A DNA stretch of 64,000 nt from Octopus vulgaris (GCA_951406725.2 OX597814.1:33418001-33482000), one strand, 5' to 3'. Positions 12,870-27,603 are shown, counted from the stretch's first letter. The notes: generated by a model from the sequence alone, not told the origin. Numbers and translations are program-made.

Positions 12870-12870
12870 T

Positions 12871-13140
12871 TGCGTGTTGTGTTCTTGAGCAAGACACTTT
12901 ATTTCACGTTGCTCCAGTTCACTCAGCTGAAGAAATGAGTTGCGACGTCACAGGTGCCAAGCTGTATCGACCTTTGTCTTTCCCTTGGATAACACTGGTG
13001 GCGTGGAGAGGGGAGGCCGGTATGCATGGGCGACTGCTGGTCTTCCATAAACCACCTTGCCCAGACTTGTGCCTCAGAGGGTAACTCTCTAGGTGCAAAC
13101 CCATGGTCACTCATGACCGAAGGGGGTCTTTACTTTACTT

Positions 13141-13141
<1 letters not shown>
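12871..13141 (+). mobile_element. SINE family D, 5'-truncated
   Basis: cttgagcaagacactttatt core, distinct tail ending in (ttac)n, flanked by (TA)n. Confidence 0.7.
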
Positions 13142-13220
<79 letters not shown>

Positions 13221-13443
13221 TAAAATTTATAAGTTTAAATTATTTAAATATTTTTTTAATTTTTAACTTTTATATTTTTTAATTAATTTTATGTATTGGC
13301 TTATGTTTTTCACTGTTTGATTTGCCTAATAGTGGTTTTATCTCTAATTTAATATAATATAATATATTTATACTATAAAATTGGATTTAATCCTAAATCT
13401 AATTTTTCCCTGTAAGTTTGGATTTATTCCCTAATATTATTAT

Positions 13444-13482
<39 letters not shown>

Positions 13483-13528
13483 TACAATAGAATATATAAT
13501 ATATTATACATGTATGTATCGTATCAGT

Positions 13529-13692
13529 ACAATTACCCCACCCCACAATTCCCCCGACGACAACTACCCCCAGGATAATTACCCGCTTGGTTTATTACCC
13601 CCTCTCCAATATATTAAGAAAATTTAAATCATCTGTTGTCCTCAGGGGTAATCGTCCTTGGTGGGAGTATTGCCCATGGTGGGGTAAATGTC
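13529..13692. mobile_element. MITE-like element with inverted arrays of ~15-bp sub-repeats
   Basis: Left arm has repeated (g)acaattacccc units; right arm has ggggtaatcgtc/ggggtaaatgtc units. Confidence 0.6.
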
Positions 13693-13929
13693 TTAGACTC
13701 ATATGTATATATATATCAATTGTTTGTAGGATTCATTTGAATCAAGGTATTTTAGAAACAAGGACACCACGTTAGTGTCAAGATTAGCATAGCCGTGTAT
13801 ATATCGTATACGGACACTCACGAAAATACCAATACATATACGGACATGTCATAACGCTTACTTATACATGTTTATGAACAAATCAACATACACATCAATA
13901 TAAATATATATATACATGAAATTATTCAT

Positions 13930-15257
13930 ACACATGCAGGCCGGTGCGCAGTTTCACAATCCAGATCCAAAGTAGGAATGGTTCCAAATGTGATGTTTAC
14001 ATTGAAGGTATATTGTGGACAAGAAGTGATACCCCTGATAGATTTAATATAACAATGGGATCGAATGATTCCACCCAGTGGTATGTATCTTCTACATTGC
14101 CTAAGGGATATTTTTCCAAAACTAAAGGACGGTCTATATAGGAATGATGCTTCATTCATAATTCCATGCAATATTAAAGTAGTTATTGAAAAGACTACGA
14201 AAAAAATCTTGGAAATTTCTTTAAAAATTATAACCTTGGAAAATATTTGAACATAATACTAAGGCTGATGATTTCCTAGATGCTACCATGGATCTTAAAT
14301 TATGCCTTTATTACACTTATAGAAGACCTTGGGAGGTTACCACCTATATAAACCGTTTATATGGGCTACCACCTACATAAACATTTATAAATCATTTATT
14401 TAATCATCCATCTTGCGTAATTATGTCTTTAATAACGGGATCTCAACTAGAATTTTGCAACTGTCTGTAAGTGTCCAAGTATTCAATGCATATGCTCACT
14501 ACTATAACTCTGCACTATCTAGGGCAAGTTATAAACAAAGTATAGAATTTTCCCCTCATATTGGTAAAACTAACGGCTGCACTATGGCTAACGGTACTAT
14601 TATTCATAATAAAGTGTATCCTATTAGAGATTGCCGCGAAATTACGAATAACGATAAAAATAAATGTAGGAAAACTATAATGAAGTATAATCCTAATATC
14701 CTCAATGGTGGACTTATAAATGATAATTATGCCAATAATAAGAACGTTAATGGCAGAAAAGAAACAAATAAGGAATCACAAACTACAGTGTGAAGTCTAC
14801 TCAAAATGCAACTACAGGTAATAGAAGAAATAGGTTGGAAACTTACCGTCGTCCAAGTAACTTCACTGATCATTGTTATGGTTAAACTATTAGCTATAGA
14901 AACGATAGGTCTAGACGCCATAAAACTGGAAATCTGCATAATGATGACGTAATGATGACGTAATTTGGAATAACCCTCCTTGAAATTATGCAACTAGTAC
15001 TAAACTATCTGAAAGGTTGTTCAGTTAATTAGAAAAAACTTCCCTCCATCTATTAAGTACCACTGGATATATTGTAAAAGGGAAATTAGAATCTATTATT
15101 CTACCTTTCCTACTCTCGTAGCTATTATATCAAGCTTTAATAGGCGGAATATTAAGTTAGCCCGAAATTACAATCGGAATGTAATAATTAGAAACATAAA
15201 CGATAGGCAAATTATTGATACGGCTAATACTGTCCTAAACAGTAATAATAATAATAA

Positions 15258-15288
<31 letters not shown>

Positions 15289-15359
15289 AAGAAGAAGAAG
15301 AAGAAGAAGAAGAAGAAGGAGAAGGAGAAAAAGAAGAAGGAGAAAAAGAAAAAGAAGAA

Positions 15360-15413
<54 letters not shown>

Positions 15414-16260
15414 AGATAATACAAATTATATAAAGTTCGTAGAAGACAAGGTAGTTATGTCAGTATAGTCAACAATCATAAAGACAGGCTGCTTAACTGT
15501 ATCTAAACAAATGTAGTAGAAACTCAGTTTATTCACGCTTTAATGCCCTCGTTAGCTGCTAAATGCTTGTTAAATCTGTCATCAATTTGCTGTTCCCTAT
15601 TGTCGCTAATAATAACCCTAATCCTACCAGCGCACGTAGAACTTGTGACAACGCAAACTTTACAAGTATTGGCGCTCCAACTAATAGCTGTAATAATTTT
15701 GTTGTAATTGAATTTGATGTATCTCCACATGTCCAGTAATGTTAGTGAATCTTCTAGCCATCCTGCTAATCTTAATATTTTATCTAACTTATATAAAAAT
15801 AGTGGTAATAATCACCAAGTTACTTCTAGAATGAGTAACTGTCGAGATAGGAGTGCCTGTCCGCTGAATGGAAACTGTTTAGCTAACAATATAGTTTACA
15901 AGTGTGGTATAACAACTTACGCAAACACCTTTGCCTATATGAGCACAATATCTCGAGATTTCAAATCCCGAACGCGTAATCACCTTTCATCTTTTCGATA
16001 TCATAATAAAGCTTGCATCATATGCCTAGCTGAAAAGGTGTAGCAATTAAGAGACGGTAATACACAGTTTGAAATCGCCTGAGGTATAGTTATAAAAGCT
16101 TCACCATATTTAAATAACAAGTGTGGCTGCCGATTGTGTTGTGCTGAACTATATGAAATATTAGAATATCAAGGTTAACTACTTAATAAGGCGCCCGAAC
16201 TTAAGATCAATTGTTTACATTATGGTAGAAGGACATTCGCTTACTTCACATATGTTACGT
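13930..16260 (+). mobile_element. Decayed Penelope-like element spanning RT to GIY-YIG
   Basis: FNITMGSNDS, GLYRND, DFLDATMDL, YYNSALSRASY, SNCRDRSACPLNGNCLANNIVYKC, FKSRTRNHLSSFRY, CRLCCAE..LLNK. Many stops. Confidence 0.85.
15243..15420. repeat. Compound (AAT)n(GAA)n(GAT)n microsatellite
   Basis: Seen directly; lies inside the PLE. Confidence 0.95.
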
Positions 16261-16677
16261 AAAGTCTACTGGTACCAAGGTATATATTTCTCCTGGTAAT
16301 TTATTAGGTTGGTTCTATGATTATTTTACCCGAAGTGTACTTGTTACCGTTATATACATACCGTAATATGCGCAGTCAATATTGCTGTTTACATATTATA
16401 GTTACGATATAATAAATGACCTCATTATAGACTTAATTACATACTCTCGTATTTGTATTTAACTATATCAACACTTATAATTATCTATGTATATAAATGT
16501 ATGTATGCATGTGCGTGTGCGTCTGTGTGTGTGTGTGTGTGTGCGTGTGTGTGTGTGCATTATTTATATGATTTTTTACATTTTATATTTTGTATTAAAT
16601 TTTATTTTGTCAATCATATTATACTCCTTTTTGCTCCCTCTATTATTTTTATGTTTTTATTATTGTATATATTCATC

Positions 16678-16835
16678 TGTTTTTACGTTTCGAGTTCAAT
16701 TTCCACCGAGGTCGATTTTGCCTTTCATCCTTTCGGGGTCGATAAATTACGTATCAATTGCGTATTGGGGTCGATCAAGTCGACTGGCTCCCGCCCCAAA
16801 ATTTTGGACCTTGTGCCTAGAGTAGAAAAGAATAT
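16678..16835 (+). mobile_element. SINE family C terminal unit
   Basis: gagttcaatttccaccgaggtcgattttgcctttcatcctttcggggtcgataaa...ccttgtgcctagagtagaaaagaat. Confidence 0.8.
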
Positions 16836-16839
16836 TTAT

Positions 16840-16897
<58 letters not shown>

Positions 16898-16935
16898 GTA
16901 TGTATGTATGCGTATATGTGTGTGTTTGTGTATGT

Positions 16936-16970
<35 letters not shown>

Positions 16971-17289
16971 TGTGTACGTGTAGACGTGTGATCTTTTGGC
17001 GCTGGTAATTCATGTGTCCGCTATTCTACATTGTTAATCTCCAACGTCATCTCTATTCCTTTTTCTGTCTGTTTCACTCTTGGCCTTACCTGTGATATCT
17101 GGTTATACATAGATCTATATTCACTCTCTCACTTGTTGCCAAACTGAGAGGGTGAACAGACGTTCCACATTCTTGGTATTTTCCGAACCAAACTTTAAAT
17201 TTTAAGCTTTTAATTCACATGAAGAAAGCGTGTTTTTCATGATATAATCAATTTATTCATCAATAAAAAAAAAAGAAGCGTACAATGGG

Positions 17290-17540
17290 TGGTCAGACTG
17301 TGCTACCGATGTAATAGTTGTTGTAATTATTATAACAGCAGCACAGTCCGACCATTCCATATCTCCATGAGAGAGTACTATGCAACTGACACCTCTTACT
17401 TCTGCAAACACTTAACCAAATGGGGCGGCACCACAAAAGAGATAGATGCCCCTATAATATCCTCGGAGATGAACACATGAAACCTTCATATCAAGGAAGC
17501 TATATTGATTCACCGCTTCGAGCTGAAAAATCAGTAGTCG
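17290..17540 (+). mobile_element. Penelope-like GIY-YIG fragment
   Basis: CNSCCNYYNSSTVRPFHISMREY...KHL..NLHIKEAILIHRF, resembling YIGST.R.L..R.REH and EA..I. Confidence 0.55.
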
Positions 17541-18190
17541 ATCAGAGATAAGCCCGTGACTCATATGAATACATCACGATGACTACGACCTACTTCATAG
17601 CATACACCACTAATACCATCTTCCACCGAGGCCACGTGAAAACACGTCACAACGTATTCGACTAAGTATTAGAGAGTTGCTTACACCAACAGTAGGAGAG
17701 ATGCTGCTGTTGTTAACCCAAACACCGAGCAGTTTAAAATGAAATAACGAAATTGATGTAGATACACATTTCTTGGACTTCTCCCTTTGCGTCCGAAATA
17801 TAAAGAATTTTTAAAAAACACATGCTGCACTGTTAGAAGTTTTCTTTATTTCCCTTTTCTTTCATATTCATATATATTCATTAGGTATTTTGTCGCTGTC
17901 TACTGGTCTGGGATTGCACATTCCTAGCCTAAGAAATGTAAGGTAATAATGTAACAAATATATGTTCAATATAAACATCCTGACGAGATAGTATCATTCT
18001 AATATTTCTACAAATCTTTTTATTCGTATGTAAGGTGTTTCTCTCCTAAATAGGTTTGCCTGGTTTCGTGGAAGATCTTAAAATGCTTTGTTGTATAGCA
18101 TTCATAAGTTCTTAAACTGATTTTTCTTATCCCGTCAAGATCACTATTCCTGTAGAAGCTTTTTGTTGGTGTGAGGATCTTGCAGATATA

Positions 18191-18629
18191 TAGGCGTAGG
18201 GGTGGTTGCGTGGTAAGTAGCTTGCTTACCAACCACATGGTTCTGAGTTCAGTCCCACTACATGGCACTTTGGGCAAATGTCTTCTACTATAGCCTCGAG
18301 CCGACCAAAGCCTTGTGAGTGGATTTGGTAGACGGAAACTGAAAGAAGCCCGTCGTATATATATATCACCGTCACCGTCACCGACCAGGCTATCAGATGT
18401 CGCTACACATCGCTGGTCACAATGCGCTTCGCATTGTTTTAGCCTTCAAATGAAGCCACCCCGCTGGCTAAGAGAAAGTTGAGGCGAAAGAGTACAGCAG
18501 GGATCGCCACCACCCCCTGCCAGAGCCTCGTGAAGCTTTAGATGTTTTTGCTCAATAAACACTCACAACGTTCGGTCTGGGAATCGAAACCGCGAATCCG
18601 CTGCCCTAACCACTGGGTCATTGCGCCTC

Positions 18630-18698
<69 letters not shown>

Positions 18699-19058
18699 GT
18701 GCGTGTATATGTTTGTGTGTCTGTGTTTGTCCCCCCGCCATCGCTTGACAACTGATGGTGATGTGTTTACGTCCCCGTACGTTAGCGGTTCGGCAAAAGA
18801 CCCGATAGAATAAGTACTAGGCTTACAAAGAATAATTCATGGGATCGATTTGCTCGACTAAAGGCAGTGCTCCAGCATGGCCACAATTTCCGTCTACCAA
18901 ATCCACTCACAAAGCTTTGGTCAGCCCGAGGCTGTAGTAGAAGACACTTGCCCAAGGTGCCACGCAGTAGGAATGAACCCGGAACTATATGGTCGGTAAG
19001 CAAGTTACTTACCACACAGCCACTCCTGCATGCTAACGATTCTGCCAGCTCGCCATCC
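18191..19058 (+). mobile_element. Nested SINE cluster: family A with family B inside, then inverted A and C heads
   Basis: A head 18191-18360, B on minus strand 18367-18631, A body resumes ~18700-18885, inverted A head 18886-19030, C head 19030-19055. Confidence 0.85.
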
Positions 19059-20276
19059 AAAATACTGCAAACGCAACATCATTGGACAGTGAGCATCTTT
19101 TGATATATTTTGGCAAATGAAAATGTTCCATAACTTTTAAAAGTTTCGATATTTAAGTATTGTGTAGGAAACAAATCATGCATGGCCGAGTATATGTGAA
19201 GTAGCATTGAAAATTGACGATACAGAGAATAAATAATGTGAAATGGCTCGACTGAAAATCGATCCTGCATCACTTGTCTTCCTTGCAGCTAATAAATGGT
19301 ATTCACGCTGATATATTATTTAAAAAAGAAAATTATAATTAATTCGGATAAAAATAAAAATAAACATTTTAAAAATCTTACAGCATAAATTTCAAGGAAA
19401 CTTAGTAAACTTTTTGTTGTTGTACAATAACATTAAGAAGGATTGCTTCGGATTATCAATCTGGTGACCAAAAATCATTTAATGTAGACTGAACTGGGGC
19501 TTAAGGAGATTATGAAGCTATAGTAATGTTATAACGTTCTCATGTATCATATATAGAATTCATAAAACTGTAGAAACTACCTCAATAGCCTCAGTGAACT
19601 ATTGAATTATTTTTACGTCAAGTGCATCATTTCAATAATCTGTAACTGAAAATAAAATAACGAATGAATGTATAAATGAAAAGAAGCATTTTTCTAGTTT
19701 ATATTTAAAACAACGTAACCAAAGGGAAGCATTTTCTTTTGTTAAGGTTTCGTTTTATAGATTGAAATATCTTACTTTTAAGAGTAGGGAGCGCTGTAGT
19801 GCATGAAGTTGGCTCCTAGCGATTCAAAACCACGACTCTCGCTCTCTCCTTCCCGCTCTTTTTCGTCCTCCCTCTCTTTTCTTCATTCTCTTTTGATTGA
19901 AACAAGTTCATTTTCGTGTGAAGCAAGTTCACTTCACTGAGGTTCTGATGTTGCAATTAGAGTTGGGGGAAAGCCTTAAATCACGTAGTTATTTATTTTC
20001 TTGACATTTTATATCACTACACATGAACAATAGCATCGTTGATGTTTGCAGATTCCCAATTGGCTAATCACTGGTTTGTTGCATATCTGACAGCGAGAGT
20101 GATAAGGGAATATTTGTAACTCGGTGCAGAAAAAGCATCACAAATGACTTCCTTCACCGTGTATTTTGGATTTTTTGAATAACTTTCGGCAGTAAACATC
20201 TGTAAAAGAAACACACACACACAGGCGCGCACAAACATATTTATATATGTGAGTTTGTGCGCGGCTATTTCTGAAG

Positions 20277-20330
<54 letters not shown>

Positions 20331-20551
20331 CGAGAATTCACGATAAAAACAAAAGACGAAGACAGGTGGTGTAGAAAAACAAACAGATGTTTTAGTATAG
20401 AGCGTATATATACAAACATGTATACATGCATACATAAATACATACATACATATTCAGAAGAGTTGAATCCTGGAAGTATTGCAATACCATACCAAACCTT
20501 GGCAAAGGTTGAGCAAGCCCCTAACCTTTCGACATGTGTGTGTGTGTGTGC

Positions 20552-20584
<33 letters not shown>

Positions 20585-20665
20585 TGTAAACACTTACATG
20601 CAAACAGGCTTCCCTATAGCATTCGTCTACCAAATTCTGTTTTCAATAAATTGGTCAATCTGAAG

Positions 20666-21262
20666 CGGCGAGCTGGCAGAAACGTTAGCACGCCGGGCGA
20701 AATGCTTAGCGGTATTTCGTCTGCGGTTACGTACTGAGTTCAAATTCCGCCGGGGTCGACTTTGCCTTTCATCCTTTCGGGGTCGATTAAATAAGTACCA
20801 GTTACGCACTGGGGTCGATATAATCGACTTAATCCGTTTGTCTGTCCTTGTTTGTCCTCTCTGTGTTTAGCCCCTTGTGGGTAGTAAAGAAATAGGTATT
20901 TCGTTTGCCGTTGCGTTCTGAGTTCAAATTCCGCCGAGGTCGACTTTGCCTTTCATCCTTTCCAGCTACGTACTGGAGTCGATGTAATCGATTTAATCCC
21001 TTTGTCTGACCTTGTTTGTCCCCTCTATGTTTAGCCCCTCGTGGGCAATAAAGAAATAAGAAACATTAGCACGCCAGGCCGAATGCTTAACAGTATTCCA
21101 GCTGTCTTAACGTTTTAAGTTCAAATTCCGCTGAAGTCGACTTTGCCTTTCATCCTTTCGGGGTCGATAAATTAAGTACCAATTGCGTACAGGGTTCGAT
21201 CTAATCGACTGGCCTCCTCCCCAAAAATTTCGGGCCTTGTGCTTGAGTAGAAAAGAATATAT
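20666..21262 (+). mobile_element. SINE family C trimer
   Basis: tRNA-like head ggcgagctggcagaaacgttagcac..gagttcaaatt and three tandem units with the ctttcatcctttcggggtcgat central domain. Confidence 0.9.
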
Positions 21263-21274
21263 TGGTCAATCAAA

Positions 21275-21480
21275 GGCAATGAGGTGGCAGAATCGTTAGC
21301 ATGCCGGGCAAAATGCTTAGCAGTTTTTCTTCCTTCTTTATGCTTTGAGTTCACATTCCACCGAGGCCAACTTACGAGGTCGATTAAATAAGTACGAATT
21401 ATGCACTGGGATCGATGTAATCGACTTGTCTCCATTCCCACAATTTCAGTACTTGCGCTTATAGCTAAAAGAATATATTG
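21275..21480 (+). mobile_element. Diverged SINE family C monomer
   Basis: ggcagaatcgttagcatgccgggcaaaatgcttagc...gtcgattaaataagtac. Confidence 0.7.
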
Positions 21481-22257
21481 GTCAATCCGATGCCAGGGTA
21501 AAAGAATTTAATCAAAATAACCGAACCTGCAACACGCACATCCCAATCATTCAAATTATATTATTCTTTGAGTTAATCTTCATATCTCAACATATTAGTA
21601 TTTGTAATTAGATTTGTGATGTTCTGCATTAAATATTTCTCTCACCTACTTAGCCGTCGATATTAAGTAGAATGATGTTTTTGTTTTTTCTTTGGGGTGG
21701 GGGTGCTTGATCTGAATGGGCCATTCTCATGGTCTTCGCATACACTTCAAAAGCAGTGAGAGTGATGCTGTTTAATATTTCACTTAAATTCTCACAAATT
21801 GACAGGAATCCAGAAAAAAACCGATGTTGTATGGTTGAAGGATATCGTGAGTAGAGCGTCGTCTGGAAGTGAGGAGTCGACAGCAAACATCAGAAATTTG
21901 CTTCGCAACCAAGAGGTGCCGAATTAGAGTCTACACTGTGGCCTATTGGGCCAATGTGATAGTGTACAGTTTCCGCTCAAACCATAGAATGCGGGTGGAA
22001 CTGGGTAGACGGAAACTAACTAAAAGACACTCGGATTCGTTGATCCTGTAATTCAAAAAATACAGCCTTGTCACTCAATGTGTGACGCTGAATCTACTTA
22101 AGAATTAAGTTATTAAAGGGACAAGTGTCTCTCGACTGTTCATCCTCTTCCGCGTCAATTCAAGGGCAGGTAATTCAGTTAATCCAACAAACGTCAGCAA
22201 CTTCGCTTATCTCAGCGGCGTGATTCATAGAAGCATTAGTTATGAGTCTTGTGGAGT

Positions 22258-22630
22258 GGCAATGGCCCAGTGGTTAGGGCAGCGGACTCGCGGTCGTAGG
22301 ATCGCGGTTTCGATTCCCAGACCGGGCGTTGTGAGTGTTTATTGAGCGAAAACATCTAAAGCTCCACGAGGCTCCGGCAGGGATGGTGGTGATCCCTGCT
22401 GTACTCTTTCACCACAACTTTCTCTCACTCTTACTTCCTGTTTCTGTTGTACCTGTATTTCAAAGGGCCGGCCTTGTCACTCTCTGTGTCACGCTGAATA
22501 TCCCCGAGAACTACGTTAAGTGTACACGTGTCTGTGGAGTGCTCAGCCACTTACAGGTTAATTTCACGAGCAGGCTGTTCCGTTGATCGGATCAACCGGA
22601 ACCCTCATCGTCGTAACCGACGGAGTGCTT
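22258..22630 (+). mobile_element. tRNA-derived SINE family B (full length)
   Basis: A-box tggcccagtggtt, B-box gtttcgattccc, tail ...cgtcgtaaccgacggagtg. Homologous copies at 36395-36720 and (tail only) 48525-48700. Confidence 0.88.
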
Positions 22631-22739
22631 CCATACATGAGGATGTGTGGAGCGGCTGCCTGGCGCGATCGATATCTGTGCAGGAGCTCCTAGATTCGGG
22701 TCTTTAATTCTCTTGTCAACCGTGTCTTAATCTACAATT

Positions 22740-24076
22740 ATGAGGCCTGGATACTGTCCGGAGCCCTTAGGAACCACCTGATCTTTTTTGGTATCAGAGG
22801 CTTTACAGGATTATTGGTCAGATTTCTTATCCAACCAATGACTATACTCAAAAATCTGAGATTCATCCTGTTATTTGTATGATCCGAGAACTTCAGCTTA
22901 GAGTGTTCGGTCTTGTTACTCGATTTTCTGAGTTGGATACTGAGTCTCGTGTACTCTTCTTTGAGTATCCGGATGGGATGGCAGCTCAAGCCGGTCAGGA
23001 AGTATTTTGCAGAGGTGTGAACTGACAGGAACACTGATCTGATGGTTACCAAGGACGACTTGTGTAGGTACCAACAAATGGTGGATACAGCGACGCACTG
23101 CAACGGCGCATACCGCCATACCTGACCTGAACAAGTGAATACTTGTCGTGGAACGAAGGTGATCCAACACCAACATCATTACATTTATTATAGAGTTGAT
23201 TAATGTAATATTTGCAAATCAGAACAGCTGTTAATGCTACATCCTGATTAACTTTTGCTATCTATAGCAACTTAGATTCAGTATTTTGAATGACCGATGT
23301 ATTTCTTCTCGTGTCAGACAATTATCCTGAAACAGAACTGAAAGAAGATTCCCAATTATTTTTCGGCCTGCCTAAGAGAGCAATAAGATGGTTTTACATC
23401 ATCACAATCTTCTTAGTAGAGTCTTTCAAATAAATAACTACACTGTTATGGCTACTGTATGGTTCATATGCATGATCACGTTTATAACGATTGGCATTCA
23501 TTACTCTTATACTATTTTGTAATGAGGAAAAAAGCACTTCAGAATTAAGTGCGATTACTCTGAAGAATGGTTAAGACTCACTAAATCTTATTTTTAAAGT
23601 CAATGTTTTTTTTATAAACCGTAACGTTCGTGCATTTGGAGTTTGTTTTTGACATTTTACAAGAACCTCCACTTTTGGTTGCAATTTAAACATTTGAAAT
23701 TTACAGTTAGATCAAGTTTATATTTACATACAGTCTGGTTCTTTCAGAGATGCACCATGGATGATATACCAGTCAGTGGTTCCGAAGATTTTGGATAAAT
23801 TGTGGAAAACAATTAGAATGTTTCTCTTTCCTGAGCTCTCGGAAATGTGGACGAGACGTTTAAAAGTACTTGCAACTCACCCGTATAATTCCTGTCAATG
23901 ATATGTGGGGTGGGGTGGAGGCAAAGGTTTCTAGGTGTAAGACGTTTAATAAAGACGGGAATTCCTGAGTAGACATTCATACTCACTTTAACAGTTACTG
24001 ATGGACTACGGAATGGTGATTCTGCTGAGGTATGTTTGTTGCTGTTGTATTTGATTTGGAAACCTATGTTTTCCAT
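22740..24076 (-). mobile_element. Highly decayed PLE N-terminal region preceded by a dUTPase-like ORF
   Basis: Order on the minus strand: IIDRNYTGELQVLLN (23813-24076), EVLVKCQKQTPNARTLRF (~23650), NSVVI (~23440), LHKSSLVTIRSV (~23060). All matches are weak. Confidence 0.4.
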
Positions 24077-25500
24077 ACAGAAATAACTAACTTTAATATT
24101 ATGGGACTTAAGTTCCTATGTTATTTGTACTTTGGCTTATTAAAGTTAGGAAATTCATGGCTATGTTCATGGTGACTACTAGGTTGGGCGGTGGTAAACT
24201 AGATTCCTTTCCTCTTCCTGGTTCTGCTAGACTGTGTTATGAGTGAGGATTCTATCCATATAAACCCCCTTTTTTTAAGAGATCGCTCCAAGCAAGATGA
24301 GCAGCGCTATTCAAGTTATTCAGGTTCAAGAATAAATCAGGTTCGCAATTATGGCTCTCTGATGATTGGAATTTTTATGGACAGAAATGGTGCCGTCATT
24401 CGGTTTTCTCTATGGGTAATATTTGCTTTTATTTAATCTTGATCTTATTCTGGGAAGTTAGTCATTGAGTTAATGGTTAGATCCTTCTTTCATTCAGACC
24501 ATTTCAGAAGCTATTCAGATAGCATAACCTTCCGAATACATCATCTAAGTATCAACGGGGTTTGCATTCTTTTGAAGAGTGATGAGGTAGAACAATTTCA
24601 TAACTATCCATGGAGACGCTGAAGAAGAGATCCTTTCCAAAAAGACCAAAAATATGTCCGGTCATATAACTGATCGTACCTCATAGTAAAACGAAATACA
24701 ACACCTAGAACTACAGTTGAAACAAAAGTTCCTCTTTTGCTACTACCAAAATCTCCAAAAGTACTAACTTTAAAATTAATTAACTTTGGCTTTTAAAAAC
24801 TGCTTAAGATATTTGCAATCAGCCTTTCAGAATAATCTCTTTCAAAGCGTCAGCGTTATGCTGCTTCATTCTTCAACACACAGTATTACCAGAGCACAAT
24901 TTTGATCACCTGTATCAAGGTAACCAATCGCAAACTACTCTTGCACGTAGAGACATAACTAGTCGAACCGTCTATAACACGAAAAGCATCGTCAGAAATA
25001 TTACAAGCATATACATCGTGTGCGTGTGTACAACTGTGTGTTTTTGTGTGTATGTGTGTGTTTCTGTGTGTGCGTGCGCGTGTACGTGTGTGAGACAGAG
25101 AGACGGGGGAGAGTTCCTGTGTGATACTCTGAGTATCAGAGGATGAATGAATCACTGTATGTTTTCCAAGTTATATAAACTGTGTTTATATCTTCCGCTT
25201 GTATATATGAACTCATATGATGGTTACAAAACACGTTATTCAAATACATACTTATACATATATGTGTGTCTGTGTGTGTGTGCGTGTGTGTGTGTCTGTA
25301 TGTGTGTGTGCGTGTGTGTTTGTTTGCATATGTAGAGAAATATATACATAAATATAGAATAAATAAAATGTAAAATAGCAAGATAAATAAATGAAACTGG
25401 TGGGTGAATATAAAATATACAAAACGCTAGCATTCCTCAATAAGTATATTTTTAAACATAAATGCGTGTAAAAAAATATATGTATATATATATATACTTG

Positions 25501-25554
<54 letters not shown>

Positions 25555-26041
25555 TGTGTGTGTGTATGTGTGTGTGTGTGAATGTGTGTGTGTACGCGTG
25601 TGCGTGTATACATACATATATATATATTTATTTATTTATATATATATATATTTACTTACATATACATATACGAATATATATATATGTATTTATATATATG
25701 TATATGTAAATATATATATATTATATATATAAATACATTTATATGTGTGCGTGTATATATATGCATATATGTATATATATATATTCATTTATATATATAT
25801 ATACATATATATACATATGTATATGTGTGTACATACATACATACATACATACATACATCGTTTAGAACAACATCTGATATAAATCGATACTTTAAAATGT
25901 GAGCAGCCTAAACTGCTGAAAAACCTTTCAGTCAAAGATATAGGTTAAGTGAAGATATTGCTAAATAGGAAATTTAATGTTATCATATTTGCTCTCTGGC
26001 TACATCAGCTGCAAATCGCATTTCAAAATTTTTTTAAATAC

Positions 26042-26072
<31 letters not shown>

Positions 26073-26247
26073 CATACATACATACATACATACGTACATA
26101 CATATGTATATAAGTATATGTGTGTGTGTGTACATATGTATGTATTACGTATGTATTTACTTGCATGTGTGTGTATATATATACTTTCAAAAACACATAT
26201 ACACTCAGCAAATATATACGAGCACATACACACTCACGCACACACAC

Positions 26248-26307
<60 letters not shown>

Positions 26308-26347
26308 GGGGTGAGATGAGCCCGATTTCTTGTAATTATGTATATAA

Positions 26348-26385
<38 letters not shown>

Positions 26386-26885
26386 ATGTATTTGTGAGTG
26401 TATATATATATATATATATATATATAAATATATATATAATTACAGGCAATCATGCACATATATACACACACATATATACATATATAGATAGATAGATACA
26501 TACATACATACACACATACATAGATTCATACATACATACATAAGGACGTGTATGTATAAGAGTGCTTGTGTATATGACTGTGTATGGGGGTGTGTGTATG
26601 TGTGTCTGAGTGTGTTTATACTAATATAAAATATACATCAGACTGAATCACTGTTAGTTTGTCTTCGAAGTCTAAAACAGGCAATTTTCAAAACTGATAA
26701 TAATGCAATTTAAAAATCAAAAACATAAATGAAGAAAAATGAAAATATAATTATTAATCCTGTCACTAATAGCTTTACAAACTCGCTCCATTATCTATGT
26801 GAATAGATGTGTACAAACATATACTCACACATTATATAAATGTATATGTGCTTATGTTTGTACGTACGTACATACATATATATAA

Positions 26886-27072
<187 letters not shown>

Positions 27073-27121
27073 CAGATAGATACTGATACAGATATACATA
27101 TATAGATATATATGATATATT

Positions 27122-27164
<43 letters not shown>

Positions 27165-27603
27165 GGGAGCGTGTGTGTGTGAATATATGCATATACGTTT
27201 ATGGCGAAAATGCTGTATGACCGAATAGTTAAGAAGTTTACTGCACGCCCATGAGGTGCCGAGTTCGATCCGATTGCGTAACATCTTGGATCTACCAGTA
27301 CGGTGTGAGTGAAATTAGGTGGGTGGAATCTCTATAGATATCCACCGGGTAGATTTTTTTTATCTCAAATTGAAAAAGTCCGCCACTCTGATTCTGACTG
27401 ATAATTATGCTACGGGTACAAGTCTGTCTGGAATTCACAGCAACCATGCTAATTCCGGAGCAAATAATTCACTTTCTCCTTCTCTCAATCCTAAATGAAT
27501 CCTCGACGCCACACGACGTAGATCCACAACCAGTACCGTGTATGTAACACATGATAAATTTTTGTTATATTATATATGTGTGTGTACTGTGAGTCTGTGT
27601 TTT

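Noticed and set aside
20666-21262. Repeated units with short palindromes resembling a CRISPR array
   Set aside because: Units are ~170-220-bp SINE monomers without unique spacers; eukaryotic context and no cas genes.
22258-22330. tRNA gene candidates (also heads at 1345, 20666 and 36884)
   Set aside because: The A/B boxes belong to SINE heads, the cloverleafs are imperfect, and SINE bodies follow.
24940-24998. Minus-strand ctgacga with a downstream hairpin
   Set aside because: No GAAA or stem III follows.
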